A DNA stretch of 44,626 nt, filler included, from Sphacelaria rigidula (Eukaryota): the NCBI GenBank assembly GCA_964200075.2. It is 2 parts of 2 records of this genome, joined end to end, with 100 filler letters (N's around TTAATTAATTAA, not from the genome) between each part and the next. Parts side by side here need not be neighbours in the genome. Positions count along the whole stretch, not along the records: positions 22,379 to 44,626 come from CAXNAA020000344.1; 1 more part is not named here. The stretch is one strand, 5' to 3'. Made by a program: the position numbers and the translations under genes. Below, piece after piece: positions 35,557-44,626 of this stretch (positions within the stretch are counted from its first letter, which is position 1; the number at the start of each line of letters is the position of its first letter). The notes beneath the pieces are model-generated. The model made no database searches and was not told where the DNA came from. It saw only the letters and a list, made by a program, of their open reading frames with translations.

Positions 35557-36896
35557 TCTCTGTACGTACCCGGAAGAGGAGAGAGAAAGGGCGAGCGTAG
35601 GGAACGTGAATAATCGTGCTTGGTTGTGACTTCCTGTGGAAAGCGGCCACATTCATATATATCTGGAAGCTTCTGGGACGATATCACGATCACTTCGGGC
35701 AACAGTCCAACGTGCGACTTCTTCATCGACTGATGTGGCGCAGTACATGCTCACGAACGCAAGTCCAGCCAGTGTACATGAGCGTCAAGAGATCAGCAAA
35801 CATATAACGCTTCTGATCCTAGACTCTTCGTTGTTCCCTTTCTGTACCCCGCAAATGCGGCATCTACGGAATTTCCCCCCCCCTCCCCCCCCCCCCCCAG
35901 TGCGGGGATGGGTGAGATGACACTACAGAGCTGTTCCGTGCCACGATACTCTGCGTCACTCATGAAATGACACCTGTGGGTGTGCTCGAGCGGGAGCGGG
36001 TGATCCCCATACTTTCCTGTTGTGCACTGCACAACCGCACGGCACGACGAGCAGAGCATCTGAACACGCGGTGGCGTATACTTCACACGCGATGGGTAAG
36101 CGTGCCGAACAGTCTGTCATCAAGGTGTTGGAAGTTGAAGCTAAAAAAAATGTGTAGTGGTGAGTGAAGTTGCCGTTCGGGTTTTCGAGATGTTGACAAG
36201 GGGTGAGTGCTTGTACTTGACATTACACATGCATGGGAGATGGCTCAATGCATTCATCTGTTGAAGCAGACAAGGCAGTTCATCTGGACTTATGTATAAA
36301 GGAGATGGTATTGCAGAAGCATGACTAGGACACCCAATTTTCCGTGATCGTGACCACGTCGTATTCCTGCTTTCTTTGAAACATTCCCTGTAATTTTAGT
36401 TGACAAAGATGGTATTTTAAGAGCAGATTTGTACGAAATTTCGGTATTACTGTACGACTCTTGAAGGCTCGAGCTCTCAAAACGAGAACATCGGCACATG
36501 CACGCATGACGACTGCTTATTCAAGGGCACGAGAGGGGAAAGTGGGGAAAAAGGGATGGTGCAGCATAGGATGGGCGACAAATTCAAGGAGATAAAAATA
36601 GACGCCTCGAGTTGCCCCGATCACTCGGGAACCTCACTCGAACAAATTTATTTTCCCTTGGTCAGACGTCGAGACCTTCGCTAAAGGGGCAGCACGCGGC
36701 ACGGAATTGACGTCATCTCGTTTAATCACGATGTTCCATGGACTCCCACACGACCAAAACATCGATCCGTTCTTCGACCGTCATCGACCGTGATGCTGGA
36801 CGAAACAGAGTTTTTGTTTGGACGATTCCAGTGATTCTTTCAGGGGGTGACACATGGTCTGTTCAAGGTCGGACCTTTTTATGTAGGCACTATTTT

Positions 36897-36941
36897 TTTT
36901 GTCGTAATTGAATGAGCGTTTTTGTCGTAATTGAATGAGCG
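36897..36941. repeat. 23-bp tandem duplication just downstream of the 36951 stop
   Basis: TTTTGTCGTAATTGAATGAGCG occurs twice. Confidence 0.85.
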
Positions 36942-36950
36942 AATGGTGTT

Positions 36951-39900
36951 TTATTTCGTACACCCGTTCGAGGAGCGAAATCCCATTTCATGTCTTCGTG
37001 CCTCTGCCGCAGGGTTGCGGAGGTAGCTGAGGATGAATTGTGGGTGGTTTGTACGTTTCTGTGCACGGGTAGTATTTGGTGTGGTGGTCTGCAAGACGGG
37101 AGTCAAGCACCTCATGTGAAACGGGATTTGAGCGTGGACAAGGGTGTCCGCATCAGGTTCCTGTTGGTGGGTAATGCGACAAGCGTGATGCGTAGGTCCC
37201 GTGCGTAGAAGAGGGACTCTCGTGTTACGACAGGCCTTTCTCGCATTGGTGGCAGCGTTCGGCGGCGGTACAAATGTAGACCACGTGAGTGTGTACACGA
37301 TCATGAGCGTAGTTTGTTTTTGTGAACCACTTCTGTGTACGAGACGAACCCGCGCCCAAATAACCGTTGCAAAATCGGCTCTGAAATTGAAGTTCGAGGG
37401 TGATGTGGTTTGTGGCCAGCACAATATCAAATTCTGTTTTCAAGGGAGAATACACCATCGAATCACTATATGTGCATTGAAACATTGGTGGAAAGGAGGG
37501 AGAAGGTGTTCGCTCAAGGAGATGAGAGAAGCAAGGAGTCGGGAATATATGCAGCCGTCACGACTTCACGCTGAAGTGCAGCGTAATGACACAATTTTTC
37601 CCAGTTTAGAAACCTCACAAGCGTGATTTCGAGTGCGGAGGAACGCTTTGATTGAACTACGCGGTACGCCTCCTGGACGAACGGTCGAACAAACTGTGCC
37701 GTTCGCCACCCTCTTGTTTCTCCATTGAACAGTGTCTTGCACTTTCGTTTTATTCCCTCATTCCTTCGTGTTCACTGCGGGGAGTGTTATATGTCCCGAT
37801 TCCCGACATCATCGGTCATGAAACAGATCTGTGCGCACCACGAGACGTTCACGTCTGGATATACACTACTGCCGACGGATGAGAGCCAACGTTTTTTGTT
37901 AGTACGTGTCACACGACGTGTGGTTTTCGATGTTCCTGGAAGCTTCAATAGTTTTGCTCTCGTGTCAACCTCGGCATTTCTACATGCTCGAATGTTTTCA
38001 ATTTCATCTTGGTCTGTTGATTTTAAATTCTTTCTTGCGAAGTACATGTCGATATCTCACCTGTTGTACTTGGTTGGAGGCCTTGACAAGCCGTATTTCC
38101 GTCGCGTCAGGAACGCTGTTGAACATGTGGTCGGGCAGGCTCGGACACCGCTCACGTTCTTCGCAATTCTCAACAAGCGAGTGCTCTGCAGCGCACGAGG
38201 AAGGGAAGCGGGCAATTTTCACGTGTTCATGGGTGACGAAACAATCAAGAACCAGAACAATACCTCCCCGGGACAAGGTTATCGGCAAGACGAGGGTGCA
38301 CTAGCTTTTGTAAAATATAAGACGCGAGCTTGTGTGCTAAAACGCTTGATGGAGGTGCCCAAGCTGGGGAAGTGCGTAGTACAGATGTGTGGGGTCTAGA
38401 GGGTAATTCAAGGTGTGAATGCCAACGTTTGATTTGGACACTGCTCGCAACGTCAGAGATGAGTAAGTTCACACAGCTACATCGCGTTATACCTATTATC
38501 GCACATAATTGAGCGACGTTGGATCGCTGGGACGAAGTAGATCATTCAATTAAGAAAAATAAAGAATAAGGGAGCTGACGCGAGCTTGAACCGGAATGGT
38601 CATCGGGCACGATATGATTTCACGTATTGGGTAGATACGGTGGCATGAGAGCGGCTCCGAATAAGGAAGCAATGTTATAATGGAAGCCCTCCCGCGATGA
38701 GAGGGTATATCTATATGGACGTATCATGTCTATCCGAATACGACAGAGCTTCCGTGAGTATTCTGGTATCAGCTGAGGCAACACGCAGACAGGACCAAGG
38801 TTTTGTCCATTGCGAATGAGTGTAGCGTTTGACCACGGACAGCGGCCACCGCAAAACGGAAACACGAAATGAGCAAATAAATATGTGCATGTGGAACTGG
38901 AACAAACCTGAAAGCGTACCAGGCAATGAAAACACACATGGATACACGGTCTACTATTGTATGAGTCGCATGAGATGTCATTATCGAAACACTCACTTAA
39001 TATGCTTTGTGAGGCCGCCCCAACTGTTTGCCCACTCCGAAACGTGTGCACAGTGAGCTGCTACCCTTATGCCGAAGATGGCTATACTCACCGGAAAAAG
39101 CCCTGAACCGAAGCCCAGCACACTCACGGAGGGCAACCTCGAGAGAGCTTATTCTTTCCTGTGCTTCAGTCAGACTCGACTCTGCTCGCTTGGCGCGCGC
39201 CTCCGCGGAGATGCGTGCGGCACTCTCGGCCTCGCATTGCGCTTGCAACTCTTCCACTCGCTGGTGTAAAACGCTTACGCGGTCGTTGTCACGGTTGCTG
39301 CAGTGGCAAAGTTGAGTGCTTTTCTTCTCGGCTTCCTTCCCCACTCTAGTTGACGCTGTCACGGATGTCGGACTCGCAAAGATTCTGTCCGCTTGGTGTT
39401 GCTGGCCATGACCATCCGCGCCCGTTGTTTGTCCCGCACGCGGGGGTACCGTAACTGTGGCACAGTTGCCGTTCTTGGTATTGCTGTTATTGTTGGCGCT
39501 GCTGTCGATATGTTGTAAGCTCCGTAAAGGGGAGCCCGCCTGTGAACGAGGAAAGACATGATGGGAGGAGGGGCATTGATTGGTACTACTAATCCTCCTA
39601 CGGCCTAGTGAGTTGAGGTAAGGCTCCTGCACTCCGGTTTCTGTGCTTGTTTCTCGGGGACACCACGTCGTGTATCCCAGATCATCGATCACACACACTT
39701 TTTCCTCGCGAAATGTTTTTCGCGCATACACAACCGAAGGCTTCCAAGCGGGACCACCGAAGAACTAGGGCGTCACTTGAAATTGAGATGGCATTTAGAA
39801 TCTGGAATCCAAGTACTCCCGGCATGCCCGCCGTAGGATGAGGGTTGCATCACTGCCGAAACAGTAGGGGTTTCGCACGCGACCGCTCGCGACGCGCTGA

Positions 39901-41051
39901 AAAATGGACCTCCATCTACCCTCAAATCATTTCGCTGTGCAAACACCATGCACATAGGTACCTTGGAAGTTCACGGGTTGTACACTCCGCAAACCAACGT
40001 ACAACAGCGCTGCACGCACACACATTGGCGTACGCGTCTATTGACCGAACGTTTCACGTTGCAACATCCAATCCACCAGTTAGGTACTTGTGAAAGTTGC
40101 CTGTGAGCACAAGCGACACACAAACAAGTGCTCTACCGCACGCCACACCGACACAAAGGTCTGCCTCTTGGATCAGTAACCGCGAAACAGTCATCATGAA
40201 AGAGCAGAGACCCGCACACCAACCCAGGGTTTCTCCAAAAGGTCCATGGACGCAACTATAAGTGTAGTGGGCTTGCTATAACAACTTTACAGATGCCAGG
40301 CAGTTTCTCACCACTGTGACTTCTTCGCCACTACAAGCCATATCCTTCGCTCCGCTCTGTCCCCACGCCGCCAAAATCACACCTAGGCGAGTCTCAGGCC
40401 TGTGCACGCGGATTTGTTGTGCTCTCCAAGGGGCGAGGCCCTCTCTCCAACGGTGGACTGGAAAAGGACCGGAATCGCAATTTCGGCAATGTGATGAGTA
40501 GCGCTGGCTGCTGCGATCAGTCAGTAAGCTTGAACCTTGTACACATGCACGAGGTGAAGGCACGTATGTTTACTGCAATGCACTCTGGCGAATCAGTCGA
40601 TGCACACCAGGAGCCTGAAGTGATCGATGAGCTCGCACCTCACACACCAACTATTCCTCTCGGCAGGCCGTGATTGGCGCTTGATGCAGTCAGCGTTGAT
40701 ATGTGCTGAATAAATTATGTCTGTAGTTGCGCTGCTGAGATATGGTTTGCCTGACGGTGCTATGGGACTGGGCTGCCAAACTTTTTAAATATATGTATAC
40801 TGTTCCGAAGTACGCATTTAAATCCCCCCTGGTGACAGTGTGTGAAATGTGCGGATCGATCGTGGCGGCGGACCGTTTAATTAATTTTTCTGTGTACATA
40901 AAAAAAGATCCTGTATCTTACCCCGCCTGTCGTTATTTTTGTTTCGTGCTCGTGCCGCGTCTTCAGGACTCAGTGCAGCATGAGGTAGCGATAGTGATTG
41001 TCTTGCTTCATTTTGGAGCGTCGAGTGTCTTTTCTTGCTCTGCGGAGCCAT
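36951..41051 (-). CDS. hypothetical coiled-coil protein, 328 aa, 5 exons
   Basis: Exons 41051-40922, 40457-40312, 39539-39092, 38185-38061, 37088-36951 have GT-AG sites and intron phases 1,0,1,0; total 987 nt from ATG (in-frame stop upstream) to TAA. Heptad segment RVSVLHQRVEELQAQCEAESAARISAEARAKRAESSLTEAQERISSLEVALRE. No recognisable family. Confidence 0.65.
39092..39539 (-). CDS. coiled-coil-encoding exon of the 41051-36951 gene
   Basis: TTCACAG|GCG acceptor and TCCG|GTGAGT donor; frame of ORF 38997..39731. Confidence 0.75.
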
Positions 41052-42576
41052 CTCTGCGGCCGGAAGCCGGCGTTGATGGAGACAGTGTATTGGGAGCTGC
41101 GGAGTTATTTATGGGCTGTTGGACGAGGGAACTGGAAACTAGAAGGCAAGTACCAACACAACTTGTAGTACGATACAGTACAAGAGTCAACAGTTATATC
41201 GCCGTGTCTCTTGTGTCTCTGCGTCCTACACAGTTAGTCGATATTTTCACTCTTCAGATATAAGGGAAAAGAAGACTACTTTTTTCTTTACATGGTGCCA
41301 CTGTTGAACGGGTACGGATTAATTAACCATAATGATGAAGTCTATCTGTCGACTTGGTCGATTATACCTACGATGTTTGATCCGTCTCCCTGTGTGCTGG
41401 GGTGGGTTTGGGGGACAGGTTTTCGAGACCTTCCACTTTCGGAACCTTCCTGCCCAGGTTGTTGTTCCGGCACTTTCATTGTACCATACCTTCTCCCGAA
41501 CAACGTGAACATGTATGTGCGGTAGTAACATGATTATCCTTAGTTCATTGAGGTAACTGAGTTATTTGCACTGTGTAGGACTACGCGCCCGCGTCCATAC
41601 GAACGGTTTCGAGGTCCCATCGTACTTGTAAGTGCGAAAACGGAACATAAATATATGGGGTAATGTATGAGCCCTTGGGACTGAACCTAGATCAAACAGG
41701 ATACATACGTAATATCAGGATTTGCCAAGGTATACCAACTTTGCTCTCTGTAGTACAACGCTACAGGAGACCGAACTATATTACCGGTGAGTCCTGAGTC
41801 CTGGTTCCAACACGATGAATTGCCGACAACGACAAGTATTGGCTGACGCTAGTTGAGCTTCTTGATCGGAATGCCCATATAGATAAAAGAACAACCTCAT
41901 CCCATGCTCCAACAGTTTGGTACTGTTGTACGCACTCCTTTATTATCCCTTCAAAGCTCTCTGTGACATGCTCACGATCGGGTCGAAATATTTTGCCCCT
42001 TTAGCAGGGAGGCGGGCAACCTGCAGAACCGGCATCATTTCATCTCGAAATATGAGGGACGTAGTAAGACACATTCAACGTTGATCCAAGACTGAACCTT
42101 GTGGTCAATACAAACGGTGCCGATTCAACATATGACCATAACTGTGGGCTTGACCCTTGAATCGCGAGAATAGGTCATCTATCTGTTGAATCGGCATCAA
42201 TTTCATTTGGAAAAAACTATGCATGGTCCGGATGGACTACCCTCGCCGTCTACGGGTTAAACAGGAGGAAAATGTTGAACCATTATAAAACTTCGTGCAG
42301 TCGGCGCGGAACGGTACAAGAATCGAGTAATCCATCAGCAGCACGCGGTCGATTCTAGACATGGATGAAAAAGAGAATAAAAGCGAGTGCAGCGCACCTA
42401 AAAACACCCCGTCCTCCCTAGACATCCATATCCATGCTGACCAAACAGAGCACATTACTTTAGATCGATGACCGACTCTTCTTTCCGATTTCACGTCTCG
42501 AAATATCAATATAATTTAGACCCTAGTCTACCCACCGTAGGTGTTATACATGTGACAAACGTACATACCACATCAC

Positions 42577-42598
42577 AATATATATATATATATATATT
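42577..42598. repeat. (TA)n microsatellite
   Basis: atatatatatatatatatat seen directly. Confidence 0.9.
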
Positions 42599-43146
42599 AC
42601 TTTATACTCAAGAACCTCTTTTGTACTGTACTGTATCTACTGTTCTGTACTAGTATTACACTACTGTGCAACAGACAAAAAGTATCGCACTGGCTATACG
42701 CGAGGCATGACAAAATAATAAACTGAAAAGACGACAACAGCTTTACCTGCAGTCTGCCGCGATTGGCATGGGGCCCAAAAATATTTTACTTTTAGCTCCA
42801 TCGATCCCTTCGCGGGGCAATTTCGGCAACGAAGAGGGGCTGTGCTCTTATTTCCCTAGTTTTTTATTTATTTTTTTATTGAACGTGCTCACATGAAAAC
42901 AATATCATCCTGCTGCAGTGTTTGTTTGCTTTTCCTCGCACGCTGAACCCCTCCCCTGACTCGGGACGAATCTGTCGTCTCAAGGTATAAGCCCATATCT
43001 CTCCCTCGTTATGCGCCTTACATTTTGGTCTCGCGGATTGAGCCAGCACTCCCGCACCGCGTCAACTCACGTTACACAAACCCAGTGGACTACTTTGTTT
43101 ACTCACGTTTTCACGCTTTCCACGGTGGAAATCGTACATTACGAAG

Positions 43147-43230
43147 AAAAAAGCCAACACATCGGGAATCGAACCCTCGCTCTCTCCACTCTATAACGGC
43201 GATAGTCGGACCATTCCACCACCAGGTCGC
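43147..43230 (-). ncRNA. tRNA-like Pol III cassette (pseudo-tRNA / SINE head) with T6 terminator
   Basis: Minus strand GCGACC-TGGTGGAATGG (A box, 43221-43211)...GGTTCGATTCCC (B box, 43175-43164)...GTTGGC-TTTTTT (43152-43147). No canonical anticodon arm. Confidence 0.55.
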
Positions 43231-43519
43231 TGCGGCCTCTATTATTATAGATATTAATAAGATACCGCTTCGAGAAAGGCATCTTTCATAATACATGGTC
43301 AAACGTTTTTTGCGCTTCTGTAAGTTCTCCCCGCCTTTCTTGGGGCGGGTGTGCATGTCTCCCCTGGTACACAATGGTTTTCATTCCGGAATTATCGTGG
43401 ATCGGTACTCGGACAGCCCTCCAGCACGGCGTCGGCTGTCAAACAAGATTCAATTTTCAAGCGGAATAAGCGATGCACTGATCTCAGCAGATCGCCCACC
43501 CCAATTTGGGTGCTGTTCG

Positions 43520-43550
43520 AGCTCGCAGATGAATTCTCATCTGCCGAGCT
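43520..43550. other. strong hairpin AGCTCG-CAGATGA-attc-TCATCTG-c-CGAGCT, possible Helitron-like terminal hairpin
   Basis: 13-bp stem with one bulge seen directly, followed by ACTATT. The Helitron assignment is inference. Confidence 0.5.
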
Positions 43551-43933
43551 ACTATTATTGTATTACTATCATCACTACAAAAATGTATGAAACTTCGAGG
43601 TGCATATACATCCGGGTGGTGACATTATTATATGACTCGACTCATCGTGCTCTTATTTCCACTGGCTGTAGTACACTAGTGAATGACTGAAGTGAACAAA
43701 AGGAAAGAGGCAAGCCAAGTATGCGTGGCATCCATGTGTACGTATGTACTACGTATATACATATATGTATATGTTGCGTTGTACTCACCTATATCCACGC
43801 ATGTAACACATACATATTTATTCAACTTTCGCGATTGATCGCCTATCGGTGGAGCGCTATGTGGAGCGCTGGACATGCAGCATAATATAATAATAAACAC
43901 AGCAATTAACAATTTAAGGAGGCGGACTAACCG

Positions 43934-44154
43934 GTCGCCCCCGTGACTCAGTTGGTAAGCTCGACTCCTATAGCTTCTGACGGTTAAAACGTGGGTTTGA
44001 ATCTCGGTGAAGTCACATGATCAGAGAGTTTTTTGTATCACATCATAAGCATAATAAGAAGAAGAGAGCGACTGACTATGCATGTCGTGGGTACGCAAAA
44101 TTCCACACGTCGGACACAGCTCGATCATGAGCTAAATAAATAATACCTGGAATA
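43934..44154 (+). mobile_element. tRNA-derived SINE with (TAAA)n tail and candidate 8-bp TSD
   Basis: A box TGACTCAGTTGG (43944-43955), B box GGTTTGAATCTC (43994-44005), tail TAAATAAATAA (44133-44143), and ACTAACCG at both 43926-43933 and 44155-44162. Confidence 0.7.
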
Positions 44155-44338
44155 ACTAACCGAAGAGAACTCTCGGATTCGTTGTACAAAAACGCAAAAT
44201 ACGTGACAGCAGCGTCCGAGAAGCCAAAGCGTTACCTTCCTGCTACACTACACCGCGTGCTCGGCGTCCATCGCTGTCGGGAGCTAAATTTAATACGAGC
44301 TGGGCCAGCCGAGAAGCGATTCTGCAGTTTGCAGGCCC

Positions 44339-44604
44339 ATTATACGGCCAATACTTGGAGCTGGACCTGAAATTTGGTACGGACATTGAGTAGTGTATAA
44401 TGAAAAAAAATTCTGGCGTACACAAGTTTTTTTTTTTTTTATTAGTTTGGAGCATTTTACCGATATCTGAGAACTGATTATTGCCCTTAACTCATGAAAA
44501 AATTGGGAAAAAAAACTTGTGTACGCCAGTATTTTTTTTTATTGTGCCCTACTCATTGTCCATACCAAATTTCAGGGTCCAACTCCAAGTATTGGCCGTA
44601 TAAT
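44339..44604. mobile_element. foldback/MITE-like element with ~95-bp inverted arms
   Basis: ATTATACGGCCAATACTTGGAGCTGGACC-TGAAATTTGGTACGGACATTGAGTAG...CTGGCGTACACAAGTTTTTTT (44339-44434) is the near-exact reverse complement of 44508-44604. Confidence 0.85.
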
Positions 44605-44626
44605 CGGCTGTTTAGTGACAGGGTCA

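Noticed and set aside
37725..38399. 224-aa + strand ORF, and the 37787..38047 minus ORF
   Set aside because: They are antisense to, or intronic within, the phase-consistent 41051-36951 gene model.
38004..39539. CtIP/SAE2 identity for the coiled-coil gene (coiled coil plus 'VRYRHVLRKK')
   Set aside because: The peptide lies past a CAG|GTGAGA donor, and the required CxxC and RHR motifs are not found downstream.
43153..44015. Two functional tRNA genes
   Set aside because: A and B boxes are present, but I could not fold proper acceptor and anticodon stems; SINE or pseudo-tRNA origin fits better.
1..44626. Sex-determining or other non-recombining region
   Set aside because: Repeat density and one long intron are compatible with it, but the genes look intact and nothing in the window is diagnostic.

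Overview
Eukaryotic genomic scaffold with about 50% GC, many GT-AG introns and dense repeats. Gene and repeat style suggests a stramenopile, probably a brown alga (inference only). Three spliced genes can be built by hand with consistent intron phases. (1) A + strand UBE3B/UBE3C/UPL6-7-type E3 ubiquitin ligase (IQ motif plus the conserved 'LDDEEFYEKQKP' block), exons 8247-19894; its first exon was not found and its HECT domain is absent, probably cut off by the scaffold gap at 22279-22378. (2) A - strand protein of about 1390 aa or more with five tandem degenerate KH-like domains and long disordered arms (35556 to about 28952), with all introns in phase 0. (3) A - strand 328-aa coiled-coil hypothetical protein (41051-36951). 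The rest is transposon debris: a pogo/DDE_1 transposase relic, a 760-bp TA-flanked MITE with ~200-bp TIRs, an interrupted 42-bp minisatellite, three (CAAT)n-tailed retroposon 3' ends sharing a structurally conserved stem-loop, two tRNA-derived Pol III cassettes and two small foldback elements. I found no CRISPR array, rRNA or intact tRNA, and no clearly new biological system; the best leads are the KH-like gene and the retroposon stem-loop.
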